Notes: generated from the sequence alone by a model not told the origin. Positions 13,245 through 25,390 are shown, counted from the first letter of the stretch. The stretch: DNA of 64,000 bases from Eledone cirrhosa (GCA_964016885.1 OZ024743.1:23126001-23190000), one strand, 5' to 3'. Numbers and translations are program-made.

Positions 13245-13535
13245 AACAGGTCTGAACACAAAAGAACCAAACTCCCACTGTCACTGCCTCCATCTCTCCT
13301 GCTCTACCCATATCTCACTATTATGAGCAAATGAGGTCCCACGCGTTGGCCGCCCCCCGGACCCGGTGGACAGAATAGAAAAGACGTTTCTCCGGAGGAT
13401 GGTGAAAGAGACGCACTGGAAGAGCCATTTCAGCTGGCGAGGCTCACACCTACAGGTAGCCAATTCTGTGCGGATAGTGGTGAGCAGGGAGGTGGCCCTA
13501 GGGCCAAGGACTCCAGAAGTCTCCACTGCCACGTA
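13245..13535 (-). mobile_element. CRE-clade non-LTR retrotransposon 3' end (restriction-like endonuclease C-terminus + 3' UTR)
   Basis: AVETSGVLGPRA...WLFQCVSFTILRRNVFSIL fits the CRE C-terminal pattern (AVET.G..G...QR.S.A..RGNA). The 3' UTR is shared with 22860-22985. Confidence 0.7.
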
Positions 13536-13749
13536 ATCTGTTGCTGAAAACTTTAATAGTAATTATTGAAGGCAAAAATAATAACAACAACAACCGAAAC
13601 AACAACAAAGACAATAACAACAAAAGACGAAGATTAATTTTTAAGACGTGAAAAATTCAAACTAAAATGTGTATGAATGTTCCTCTATAGCTGTCAAAGT
13701 GGCAAACAAGTAAAGTTTAGTAACAAGATTTGCAAAAGATAACACAGTT

Positions 13750-13955
13750 GTATCCCTGGCAGTGGAGACTTCTGGTGTCCTCGGCCCCAGGGCTACCTCC
13801 TTACTCACCACCATAGGTGCTGAGCTGGCCAGCCGCAGGTGTGAGCCCCGCGAGTTGGAGTGGCTTTTCCAGCGCGTCTCCCTTGCCGTCCTCCTGGGAA
13901 ACGCCTTCTCCATTCTGTCCGCCGGGGCTGTGTGTGGGCCCCATCGCGTACCGTT
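13750..13955 (+). mobile_element. CRE-clade 3' fragment
   Basis: AVETSGVLGPRATSLLTTIGAELASRRCEPRELEWLFQRVSLAVLLGNAFSILSAG. Confidence 0.75.
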
Positions 13956-14600
13956 GTAGTTGTTGTAGAAGAAACAGGAAGACAACAACTGCAAAATTTG
14001 ATTTTCTACAACTATAAATAGATCTGACTTTGTTTACTCCTGAAACTATGAAAACCGACCAACACGACGGTTTTAGATGAAAATTAAAAATATACCTGAC
14101 TCTTAGATACGATAAATTATAAGGCATCTGTCAACTCTGTTGGTCTGATGACTTCTTCTAGAGAAAGAGTGGCAGTGACAGAGAGGAAATATGAAAGGGA
14201 TGTTGATGAAGATTAGCCTCCAGTACAGGACTAGTAGTTCATTTATTGATCTCGAAAGGATGAATGGTAAAGTTGGCCTCGGTGGGATTTGAACTCAAGG
14301 AGGAGGAGTTATATATTCGATGTGAGTTTCATTGTGTTTTGCAGATATTTTCTCCAGTTTATTTAAAAGTACAATTTTAAGTAATTAAAAAATACATCGT
14401 TTACAAATCATGCTTTTACCTAAATCTCAATTGGAAACAGATCACGTAATAGTGAGACAAATGTCGACGCTTTATAATTCGTTTTGCTCAAGAAAAATAA
14501 CGTGATACACATATGAATCAAATACTTCAGCTACAAAATCCTGTATATGTTAGCACCTACGTGTATGTATGTGTGCGGGTACATACACAGAGGAGTGATT

Positions 14601-14792
14601 AAATAATTGTTTCTACTTTTGGCACAAGGCCAGCAATTATCCCAGTGTATTACCGGTACTTTATTTTATCGACGCCGTAAGGATGAAAGGCAAAGTTAAC
14701 CTCGGCGGGATTTGAACTCAGGCCATAAAGGGCCTTAACTCGTTGCTGCAAAGCATGGCGTCCGACCCTCTACCGATACTGCCAATCCACCA
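14601..14792 (-). mobile_element. SINE family A
   Basis: Full-length reverse-complement copy. Confidence 0.85.
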
Positions 14793-14838
14793 CAATGTGA
14801 TTACAAATCATGAGGTCATAGTTTCGATCTCACTTTAC

Positions 14839-15007
14839 CACACCTGTCAACTCTCCCCGCCCGACGGAGAGATCTCCCACACACTTTGGGATGGGTAAGA
14901 GATGCCTTCTGTTGTGAAAATGGGTATAGCTTTGATGATGTGAAATCTCCCCATTTTGCCTCATTCCTCCACCTTTTTTCATGGTTTTACAGAGGTTGGC
15001 AGGTCTG
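14839..15007 (-). mobile_element. MITE family M3 (TIR CAGACCTGYCAAC), internally deleted
   Basis: Homologous to 15513, 23348, 47741 and 63733. Confidence 0.7.
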
Positions 15008-15512
15008 CTACACAAAAATTTAGACAAACGTCTTCAACTATATCCTCGGTTCCAAAATTAAGTAAATAATAAAATTACTTAAATATTTCGTCTGAAGTCC
15101 GTGTGTACAAAATACTCACCCAATTCTCACACTAAAGCTTCTACGTAATTCCATTGATTGGATTGAACAATTGAAACACGCTAGATTCATTCATATACCT
15201 TTATGTGTGTAAGTGTGTGTGTGTTTGTGTGTGTATGTATGTGTACGTGTGTGTGTGCGCGCGTGTGTGTGCGTGTGTGTGTGTGTATGTGTATGTGTAC
15301 GTCTGTGTGTGAAAATTGGGGTCGACTTCGGTGGGATTTGAACTCAGAACGTAAAGGGCCGTAACTCTATGCTGCAAAGCATGGTGCCTGACGCTCTAAC
15401 GATTCTGCCAATTCACAGAAATTAATAAGGTAAAACTGACCATTTCACAAATATGAAAAACAAAAAGAAAAAAGAGAATCGGAAACTTCCTTTCCATTTA
15501 CATGATGCATTA

Positions 15513-15688
15513 TCAGACCTGCCAATCTCTAAAAACCCAAACGGGGAGTACCATGAAAAAAGGTGTCCCAAAACAGGGAGAAATGAAGCAAAATTGGGAG
15601 ATTTTACATAATGAAAGCTATACCCATTTTCATAAGAGAAGACATCTCTCACCCATCCCAAAGTTGGTGGTAGATCTCCCCGTCGGGC
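15513..15688 (+). mobile_element. MITE family M3 (3' truncated)
   Basis: CAGACCTGCCAATCTCT start; shared body. Confidence 0.7.
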
Positions 15689-15989
15689 ATATATGGGTGA
15701 GATGTGAGCGAGAAAAGGATTTCACACAGGTCAAACGGGAGGAAGTGAGAGAGGGAGGAAGAGAGCAGCAAAGAGAGAGTGTGACTGGCAGAGGGGGTAA
15801 AAATTGGATTGACGGATTTATTTCCCTGAAATAAAGAAATAAAAACTACTTGAATGAGAAAGTGGAATACAATAGACATAAATCCACACCATAATTACAT
15901 AAAACAGTTTTTTTTTCCTCATATTAATGTGATCATAGTAATTAATATTGCAAAACATATACGTTTAAATGCCAATGACATGCGTCGAG

Positions 15990-16290
15990 TGAGGGCCGTT
16001 GCTTAGTGATTAGGGTATCCAAGCCCACAATCGTAATTTCATGTGTTTGATTCCCGTTGGCATGTTGTGTTCTTAAGCATGAAGCTTTATTTCATGTTGC
16101 TTCAATGCACATAGCTCACAAAAATGATTTTTACCTGTAATTCGAAAGGCCAGTCTTGATACATACCGTTTCAGGCTGAATCTTCCTGAGAACTTCGCTA
16201 AGGATACATGTGTCTACGGAATACTCAGCTACTTGCTCGTTAATTTCAAGAGTGGGATGTTCCATTCTTAGAACAACTGGAATACTTATC
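15990..16290 (+). mobile_element. tRNA-derived SINE family B (diverged)
   Basis: Homologous to 24283-24605. Confidence 0.65.
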
Positions 16291-16496
16291 ATCGGAACCA
16301 AAGGAGGTCCAGTAACATAAGTAGAGAAACATTTCTTCATATTTATTTGTCTTTCATTAACTTTTCGTTAAGAATTTGCGTCAAAAATTTCTTCCAGTTA
16401 TGAAAAAGAATGAAGATTAGCTATTCCAATACTGTAACAGATTGAACTTGGAATGTAATTAATTAGTTAACCTTAGTGTAATTAATTAGTTAACCT

Positions 16497-17142
16497 TAAC
16501 ATACTTGCTAGTTAACGTTAGTTAGATAACATACTTGCTAGTCAACGTTAGATAACATACTTGCTAGTGAACGTTAGTTAGATAATGTACTTGCTAGTTA
16601 ACGTTACTTAGATAACATACTTGCTAGTTAGCGTTAGTTCGATAACATACTTGCTAGTTAACGTTAGTTAGATAACATACTTGCTAGTTAACGTTAGTTA
16701 GATAACATTCTTGCTAGTTAACGTTAGTTAGATAACACACTTGCCAATAAACGTTAGTTAGATAACATACTTGCTAGTTAACGTTAGTTAGATAACATAC
16801 TTGCTAGTTAACGTTAGTTAGATAACATACTTGCTAGTAAACGTTAGTTAGATAACATACTTGCTAGTAAACGTTAGTTAGATAACATTCTTGCTAGTTA
16901 ACGTTAATTAGATAACATACTCGCTAGTTAATGTTAGTTAGATAACATACTTGCTAGTTAACGTTAGTTAGATAACATACTTGCTAGTTAACGTTAGTTA
17001 GATAACATACTTGCTAGTAAACGTTAGTTAGATAACATTCTTGCTAGTTAACGTTAATTAGATAACATACTCGCTAGTTAATGTTAGTTAGATAACATAC
17101 TTGCTAGTTAACGTTAGTTAGATAACATACTTGCTAGTTAAC
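16497..17142. repeat. 30-bp minisatellite, ~21 copies (GATAACATACTTGCTAGTTAACGTTAGTTA)
   Basis: Directly visible periodicity. Confidence 0.95.
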
Positions 17143-17413
17143 TGATTAAAATAGCATCATCACCGTGAAATTCTATTACCTAAGCTGGTAGATTTACTCT
17201 TTAGTTTATAAGAAGTCAAGGGGGTAGAGTTCTTCTAAATAAACTTTAGGAAATATATAGCTTAAACTACACAAGTATATAAATACATATATGTGTGTAT
17301 ATGTATGTGTGTGCGCGCGCTAATGTGTGTGTGGGGGGGGGGGGCAGTTGCCGCATGCCATGGCCTTGAAACCTAAGGCAGTACAATACATGTTACATGT
17401 ATGAATCCTAATA

Positions 17414-17505
<92 letters not shown>

Positions 17506-17749
17506 TGTCTGTCTGTCTCAAGCGAGTGAATAAGTGTCACCAATGACGGATAAAGATGCAGAAACGCGCGCTTGACATTCTTACCAGTTACTATGATGTG
17601 ATCTCAGTTTTAAATATTCATAGCTAGACTCTTGCGTGTTTATTATAGATAAACCTATCGTATATGCCTTCATATTGCCCTATTATGAACCACGTTATGT
17701 TAGTTGCTGTTGTTAGTATATATATAAGTATATATATAAATATATATAT

Positions 17750-17994
17750 AACGGGTAATAGGAATAGGTTTAGGACCCCGACGGCAGAGCTCAAGCCGTT
17801 TCGACGCCTATTTCTGGACTAGATTAGATTTTTAGCGTGGTAATAATATAGCCGAATTTTTCAAGGGATAATTCCATAAAAGTAAATCCGTTGAAAAGTT
17901 CGACTATATTATTACCACGCTAAAAATCTAATTTAGTCCAGAAATAGCTGTCGAAACAGCTTGAACTCTGTCGTCGGGGTCCTAAACCTTTTCA
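17750..17994 (+). mobile_element. 'GGGGTC' family foldback (arms ~17766-17869 / 17886-17989) with a complete variant HHR in each arm
   Basis: ~100-bp diverged inverted repeat; TTGAAAA core...GAAA-stem III-GTC-GGGGT. Confidence 0.65.
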
Positions 17995-18013
17995 TATATA
18001 TATATATATATAT

Positions 18014-18195
18014 AATGAAAGAGTCGGGACCCCAGCAGCTGAGCTCTTGCTGTTTCAACAGCTAGTTCCAAACTGTTGAAATGGCAAGAGCTCGGCCGCC
18101 GAGGTCCCGACTCTTTCATATTACCGCACTTTACTACCCCAAGTATCGAGTAATCAGATGAGTAATGGTCTAACAGGTTTTTACTGCATCCATGT

Positions 18196-18198
<3 letters not shown>
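18014..18198 (-). mobile_element. 'GGGGTC' family foldback with ~80-bp tail on the right
   Basis: Arms ~18015-18062 / 18072-18119; the tail is the reverse complement of the 3896 and 7319 tails. Confidence 0.65.
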
Positions 18199-18245
<47 letters not shown>

Positions 18246-18301
18246 GACGTAAAATAAGAAAATTTTTAAAATTAAAAATTAACTTACTTACTAAAATTTT
18301 C

Positions 18302-18383
18302 ACTCCAACTAATTAGTTTCTGTAAGGGGATAAATATAGTTACGTAAGATAACTATAGAGAATTCCTTACGTCATCAGGGAGT
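18302..18383 (-). ncRNA. Type I hammerhead ribozyme in a TA-flanked pLTR remnant (18241-~18640; truncated second copy 39219-39341)
   Basis: Minus strand reads ACTCC-CTGATGA-CGTAAGG...CCTTACA-GAAA-CTAATTAG-TT-GGAGT. Confidence 0.75.
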
Positions 18384-18682
18384 CTATTCTCAGCTGAGTT
18401 CCCGGGCAATGCGCGGACACTAGGAACCCATATAAAAATAATAATTCAGTAGATGGAACAAAGCTAGCGGGGACTAAATTCCAAAGCACTGAAAAAATTC
18501 ACTGCCTCTCTGGTCAGTGGCAGATTCTAAAGGATCAATCACGTGACACTGAGGTTAATCAGTGAGGAGTGGGGTGGTATATATCAACATATATATTTGC
18601 TCTAGGGTTCTTATATATTTGATATGTATTTTACCTTATCGAGCCCTCTTTGGATTTTAGTCTTCAGATTTATTACTATATA

Positions 18683-18745
<63 letters not shown>

Positions 18746-18889
18746 GGGAGATCCATGGATGAGTTCTCTCCAGCGGTACCTGTCCCTCATTATCACTACC
18801 ATGTCATGCGTCTCCAACAGACCAGTGTCTGTCCTTAGGGCATCAACATATGTTAACTTCGGTCTTCCTCTTCCAGTGTGCCCATGCAG

Positions 18890-19078
18890 GGGCTGAGAAT
18901 GAATGAAATTAAGACAAAATATCTGGTAGAGAATATTAAGAAGCCAGAGAAGATTACTAATGTAGGCAGGAAGTCGCTAGAATTGGTTGAAGACTTCCTG
19001 TATTTGGGAGCAAAGATGGGAATACGGAAGATGATGTGGTCGAGAAGAAGAGCAAAGCCCGGGCGGCGTGCCACAGCT

Positions 19079-19080
<2 letters not shown>
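18890..19080 (+). mobile_element. LINE RT fragment (RTE-like)
   Basis: GLRMNEIKTKYLV...LELVEDFLYLGAK. Confidence 0.55.
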
Positions 19081-19118
<38 letters not shown>

Positions 19119-19448
19119 AAGTATGTATGTATGTATGTATAGTGAGAGAATTACTAAAACATGAAATTGAAAATATATTACCAACTGCTCAAATATTAAA
19201 CAACTAAATTGATATCATTTTATTAATCTTTCAATTGAAAATACCAAGTTGATTTGCAAATATACTTTAGTGTTGTTTGTACCGATGCTGTTTGTTCTTC
19301 GGTCATCTCCGATCGATCAGACAGATGATCAAACTCATCGCTAGCCGTCAGTCAAACCCTTTTCAAACATAGTGCATCCAGGACTACATTTATCTAATGT
19401 GTTTCTGCTATTAGTGTTTGGACTCGCTAGAGCGCATCCCATTACCAT

Positions 19449-19532
<84 letters not shown>

Positions 19533-19680
19533 AACACCTATCTCTCGTCAAGTCGCACACACACAGTATCTGAAAAGTGAAGGAAACAGTTAACAACTAT
19601 CTTCTTAAGCACTTTCCTTTCTCTAATCCACTCCTCTCTCTATATATATATATACATATATATAACTCCCTGTTTTCATG

Positions 19681-19750
<70 letters not shown>

Positions 19751-19757
<7 letters not shown>

Positions 19758-20326
19758 ACAGGGAGAAAGAGACGATTATGAGGAAGAACATTTTTTTTTT
19801 CTTTTTTGTTTCTCTCTCTCTTTTTTCTGGGTTAGAAAATGATTAAAACGAAATGTTTTACTTTGTGTGAAGTGTTAAGGTATTAGTTGATTTATTTATT
19901 ATTTAACAATGGCAGTTATTTATCTATTTATATATTTAATTATTGTCTATTACCGGTTTCAGCATTTATATGCATTATTAAATGATAAGTGAAATGTATT
20001 AGTGTGGTGTCGCACATGTTAAACAGAAGGTGCAGAAAGAATAATGTTATATACCTACAAGGTTTAAGAAGTGAAAAGAAAAAAGAAAAAGGAAAAAAAA
20101 CGTGCATAATGTGGAACGTAAAAAGTCAATGTGGAAGAAAAAATAATGTTATTTACAAGCACAGTCATTGAAGTTAAGCAGATTAAAATGTATTAATATA
20201 GCAAGAGTGTTTAGTTGAACCATGGTTCCGTGATGGAGGCAAATGGTGGACTGAGGTTTGATATGATTTCCCTTTTTAGAGAGTTAATTTCTTCCTCATA
20301 ATCGTCTCTTTCTCCCTGTTTTCATA
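19751..20326. mobile_element. (TA)n-flanked insertion with ~38-bp terminal inverted repeats
   Basis: TATGAAAACAGGGAGAAAGAGACGATTATGAGGAAGAA and its reverse complement at 20287-20326. Confidence 0.55.
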
Positions 20327-20369
20327 TATATATATATATCCTAACTCGTGTGCTTCCTCTCAACACTTT

Positions 20370-20438
<69 letters not shown>

Positions 20439-20442
<4 letters not shown>

Positions 20443-20700
20443 ATATTGTAGTCCTAGCCGCGTTATGTTTGAAAACAGTAACTGATATAATAGAACACGT
20501 CTCTAATTAAACTGGTTTTACGAACTGTGCCTGTAGTCATTGCATTATATATATGCAATGACTACCGGCACGGTTTTCGTAAAACCAGTTTTATAGAAAG
20601 ACGTGTTCTATTATATCAGTTACTGTTTTCAAACAACGCGTCTAGGACTACAATATCCATTATTTTCTATTTTCCCGTTATTTAAAATACTGGAAGAAAT
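20439..20700 (-). mobile_element. Foldback next to (TA)n (arms 20439-20545 / 20552-20660)
   Basis: ~107-bp hairpin with a short TATATA loop; several mismatches. Confidence 0.6.
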
Positions 20701-21319
20701 TATGATTTCCCATTATTATAGAAGAGATTTGTGGGAGATTTGACTACTATTTGTAGCAATTTAAGTCACCATGTACGGACTCTGTGATTTGCACTTTTTC
20801 CATCTTTGTACATAAAATAAGCAAAAGGAATGTAAAAGTGTGAAGACTCGATTACCGTTATTATATTCACCTCCACTTAAAAAATAGTTTTGCCTGACAT
20901 TATTTCTAACAATTGTGAATATCTCTGAGACGAATGCCTTTATCATTCTTTTCTTTCTATAGTTAGCACAGATTTAGGTCCAAATTGCTTTCAATTCAGC
21001 AACTGATTACTTCTGTCGATTTAAATATCACAGCTCACTAAACTACTTCATTGGTTTCATGCGCATGCTCTTCGTCTAGTTTTGCAAAATCAGTCTACAT
21101 GTGGCATCATTGGATACTGTAATATTATCAAATGAGATAATGCTCGTTAAAATAGATATTTTGTTTTTTTACATTGGAACGAATCTACAAATTTATTGAG
21201 TGTTATAGTCCAGGGTTTCTCGATCTGGGGTCCATGGAAACCAATAACTCAACATTAACACCTGATTGAGGGGGCTATGTTTTATTTTAAGTTTCCATTA
21301 TGATTCGGCTACTGAAAGA

Positions 21320-21512
21320 TCCTGGTGTCCCGCGTGGTGGCCGCCCCACAGCCCCGGCGGACAAAATAGAGAAGGGAAATGCGTTGGAAGAGCCATTCCA
21401 TCTCACGAGGCTCACACCTGCGGCTCGCCAGCTCAGCGCCTATGGTGGTGAGTAGGGGAGGGGGGGGGGAGCCCTAGGGCCAAGGACACCAGAAGTTTCC
21501 ACTGCCAAGGGC
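21320..21512 (-). mobile_element. CRE-clade 3' fragment (degenerate)
   Basis: Nucleotide similarity to 13757-13945 in reverse complement. Confidence 0.6.
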
Positions 21513-22047
21513 ACGACCGTAAACTTGTCGGAGAGCGACAGGCACCTGATTCGGTGGCTGATTTAAACCTATGACGTGCAAATATTTTAAAAACGTCTGT
21601 GTTTATGATTGTAATGAAAATGTTTGTAGCTACTCGTATAGTCATCTAATTAGAACAAACAAATAAACAGTTTCCCGAAAAACCATTCATAATTTCAAAT
21701 GAATTCTCGAGATTATAATAAAACTTGTATTTCTACTGTATTTATTCATACTGTATCGCCAACATTTCCAGGTTAGGCAGTTACATTCAAAGACAACTCC
21801 ATATAAAGACAATTTAGTGCAAGGGCCAATAAAAACAAATAGTAATGTTAAAACAATTTGTGGAAATACAAACATTACACAGTTTTACAATAATATATAA
21901 AGAAAATTCAAATAAAAACAGGGAAATTCGTTTTTTTTATTTGAATTATTTGAAAATTAATATAAAGTTAAATGAAAAACCAATGGCGTCTCTGATCGAG
22001 ACAAAACGGAAGTGTATTTGAATACATATAAAAATGAGAAAACTCAC

Positions 22048-22101
22048 CGCTAGAACAGCCGTTAAAACAGTTGTCAAAGACAACAATGGGCAAACATGTC
22101 T
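22048..22101 (-). CDS. Candidate 54-nt exon encoding a signal-peptide-like stretch (RHVCPLLSLTTVLTAVLA)
   Basis: Acceptor TCCCTGTCCTTAG and donor GCG|GTGAGT on the minus strand; open hydrophobic frame. No partner exons identified. Confidence 0.25.
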
Positions 22102-22309
22102 CTAAGGACAGGGACCAGCGGCCAGTGGTCAACAGAGAGACAATCCACAATATGGGTGTCAGGCAGATGATATATAATTAGCTCGTGTCACCTTGGTAAC
22201 TTGTAAAAAAAACTATGCCATCTGGAGTTGCTAAAACTATAATCGATTGAATTCAATGCTAATGTATTAGTGACATTTATGATAAACACACACGCACATA
22301 CATGCACAC

Positions 22310-22348
<39 letters not shown>

Positions 22349-22789
22349 GTATGTGTGTGTGGTATGTGTGTGGTATGTGTGTGCGTGTAGGTCAGGACGA
22401 CACAAGAAAATTGGAGCAAAATTATAAAGTAAAGTTACTCAGATAAAAATAAACGTGGAAAAATAAGAAAAATTAGACCTCTTGTTTACAAAATAGTTTG
22501 CATGCCGAGGTTAACTTTGCCTTTCATCCATACGGGGTCGATAAAATAAAGTACCAGTAATGCACTGGGATAATTGCTGCCCTTGTGCCTAACGTAGAAA
22601 CAATTAAATTAAGGACAAGGCGTATCCATTAGAAATATTTATGTCACATAAAAAGTAAAAAAGAGATTTGACATTTTTGGTGAAACTCTTTATCTAAGTA
22701 AAATAAGAAAATATAAAGAAATAAGAAAAAGTGTATGAACAATACCAAGCTGAAGAATCCTATGTATAGTTATGAGGAGTTTGATCATT

Positions 22790-22985
22790 AAGACATGGTT
22801 CTTCCACCGTGTCTCCTTCACCATCCACCAGGGAAACGCCTTATCTATTCTGTCCACCGGAACCGCGAGGCGGCCAGTGCGAGGGCTTCCATTTGCTTAT
22901 AATAGTGAGAGCTGAGGAGGGAGGGGAGACGGAAGCAGTAACAGTGGAAGTTTGGTTCCATTGTGTTCGGACCTGTTTATTTAAC
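22790..22985 (+). mobile_element. CRE-clade extreme 3' end and UTR
   Basis: Matches the reverse complement of 13245-13430. Confidence 0.6.
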
Positions 22986-23347
22986 ACTACTACACTATAT
23001 TAATTCTCGAGGACTTCCTTGCCAAGCTAGTGATTCAGCTGTGGAACACCTACCCTGAGACAGAAAGTGGACAAACAAAGTAGCAGTGAAAGTAGATAAG
23101 AGTGGGTTTTGCTACAAAGGCTGCAAAGGTGTAGGAATTGTGACAGAAGATTTAGAGTGATTTGGATGGAATGGGATCTGGTAAAATTGAGGTAAGAGTG
23201 AAAGCCAGTGGATTTGTAAAAAACAGAAGTAGAGAGTGAGTGCGGTTTGGATGGTAACAGAGCTGTTGAGAAAATTAATAGAGAAGGAGGAGATGGCGAA
23301 CGTGAAGTCAAGAGCTGGGTGAAAGGTATCGACATATTCGATAAAGA

Positions 23348-23559
23348 CAGGCTTGTCAACTCTCCCTCTCCGACGAGATCTCCCACCCACTTTGGGGTGG
23401 GTGAGACATGTCTTTTCTTATTAAAATGGCTATAGCTTTCATTATATAAAATCTCCCCATTTTGCCTCATTTCTCCCCGTTTTGCTTCATTTCTTCCCGT
23501 CCTGGGACACTGTTTTTCATGGTACTCCTCTTTTGGGTTTTTAGAGATTGGCAGATCTG
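23348..23559 (-). mobile_element. MITE family M3, full length, flanked by TAAAGA direct repeats
   Basis: Imperfect TIRs CAGGCTTGTCAAC / ATTGGCAGATCTG; TAAAGA at 23342-47 and 23560-65. Confidence 0.8.
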
Positions 23560-23814
23560 TAAAGATGATGAGTTGGATATGAGTGAGGAAGATGATACGG
23601 ATGCCACAATGTTCCGAGAATTGACCAATAAACTGGGCAAAGATTTGGGCCTCAATATAGCCATCAAACAAGTTGGTATAGTTAGGCCACATCCCATTAC
23701 CCATGGCCACCTCGGTAAACTACAAGTAAAATTCGCCGTAAAAAGAGAAATAAATTACGTATGAGTTACAAGTTCAGTCGAAAGAGTCTAAAGCCTGTCT
23801 TCAGCCAGAAGGTT

Positions 23815-24042
23815 CATTTGGTCGGTGCTTATCCCGGTTTCATGGCGTGAAGCGACTGGGAGTACAAGACTCCCCACCGGACAGGACGCCAGTCCATCGC
23901 TGCTGGTGCTCATTTTCAGCTGAGTATACTGGAGCAACATAAAATAAAGTGTTTTGCTCAAGAACACAACACAGGAATCGAACCCACGACATTATGATCG
24001 TAAGTCCAACACCCTTACTACTAGGCAACGTGCCTCCACACA
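23815..24042 (-). mobile_element. tRNA-derived SINE (family B-type head and body, different tail)
   Basis: Minus strand reads GGAGGCACGTTGCCTAGTAGTAAGGGTG...GGGTTCGATTCC...TTGAGCAAAACACTTTATTT. Confidence 0.7.
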
Positions 24043-24282
24043 AGTTCAGTAAGGCAGAGAATATTAGAAGTGCTAAGATCGAGGGTAGTTCATCGATCAA
24101 ATAATACCTGAGAGCACCGTGTATAGAGATTTAATGTGTAAACTAATGAGGAGCAGAGGAGAAAGGAGAACGCGTTGAAGAGGCGGAAAGCGCGACTGAT
24201 GTCAGAGGTATGGGAAGGTTAGTGAATAAGAATAGAATGATCCCATCAAGGTATTTGGAAATGTGTAATGTAGTGTGGTTGT

Positions 24283-24605
24283 GAAGGCACGTGGTCTTGT
24301 GGTTAGGGAATTCGGCTCACGATCATAAGGCCGTGGGTTCGATTCCCCGTGGCGCGCTGTGTCCTTGAGCAAGACACTTTATTTCACGTTTCTCCAGTTC
24401 ACTCAGCTGGCAAAAATGAGTTCTACCTGTAATTCGAAGTGCCAGCTTTGTCACATTCTGTGTAACGCTGAATTTCCCTGAGAACTACGTGAAGAGTACA
24501 TGTGTTTGTGGAATGGAATGCTCAGCCACTTGCATGTTAATTTCACGAGCAGGTTGTTCCGTTGATCGGATCAACTAGAACATTCACCGTCGTAACCGAC
24601 GGAGT
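24283..24605 (+). mobile_element. tRNA-derived SINE family B
   Basis: A/B boxes (TGGTCTTGTGG; GGTTCGATTCC); body GTGTCCTTGAGCAAGACACTTTATTTCACG. Confidence 0.8.
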
Positions 24606-25118
24606 ACGTTCCCTTCCGATGTAGGATGGTTACAGGCGAAAACGATAGTATGATCAATGTTAAAAGATTTATGGGTTTTTTTTTTAGGAAATAGACTGTG
24701 GAGTGTTGGTGGGGTGCACACAATGAGCTTGATTGTAGCAGAGCAAAGAGAGGGATGGGTTTTATGTATATTTTTAACAGCAGATCAGCATTGTAAAGTA
24801 TATGCAAGTTAACAGGATTTTGATAGTGAGAGGTGTCAATAACCTGGAAAAACCAACATTTCCGAAATACCGAGAAAAGATAGTAAGGGTGTGAGAGTTA
24901 TGTGCACGTATTTAAGTGTGTGTATAAAAACACACAGAAACATATATGTGTGTATGTATGTGTATGCCAATTCGCCGCCTTTTTATATGTGGGTTTATAT
25001 ATTAACTTGTATTTCTTTACATGGTTGAACTATAATTAGAAATAAGCAGAAAAGTTATGATCAGCTGTTGTTGTAAGTAATGTGATAGAGAGGAAGACAA
25101 CGAGTTAATATATTGGCT

Positions 25119-25390
25119 AATAATAATTGTTTCTACTTTAGGCACAAGGCCAGCAATTACCCAGTGCATTACTGGTACTTTATTTTATCGACCCCGTAAT
25201 AATAATTGTTTCTACTTTTGGCACAAGGCCAGCAATTACCCAGTGCATTACTGGTACTTTATTTTATCGACCCCGTAAGGATGAAAGGCAAAGTTAACCT
25301 CGGCGGGATTTGAACTCAGAATGGCAAGGGCCGTAACTCTATGCATCAAAGCATGGCATCCAACCCTCTACCGATACTGCCAATTCACCG
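25119..25390 (-). mobile_element. SINE family A with a tandem duplication of its 3' ~78 bp
   Basis: 25119-25198 repeats 25199-25278. Confidence 0.85.

Larger units (their letters stand above)
23010..24860 (-). pseudogene. Old Penelope-type RT relic split by a MITE and two SINEs
   Basis: In order on the minus strand: VYFL.K.HK...IVFACN.PT; IKSLYTV; AMG..M.PNYTNLF.GYIE; FIEYVDTFHPALDFTFAIS..INFL. Confidence 0.7.

Noticed and set aside
20860-21120. Possible Tc1 transposase C-terminal relic on the minus strand
   Set aside because: Similarity too faint to support without a search.
24283-24350. tRNA genes
   Set aside because: The A/B boxes belong to SINE heads, continue into SINE bodies and do not form a full cloverleaf.
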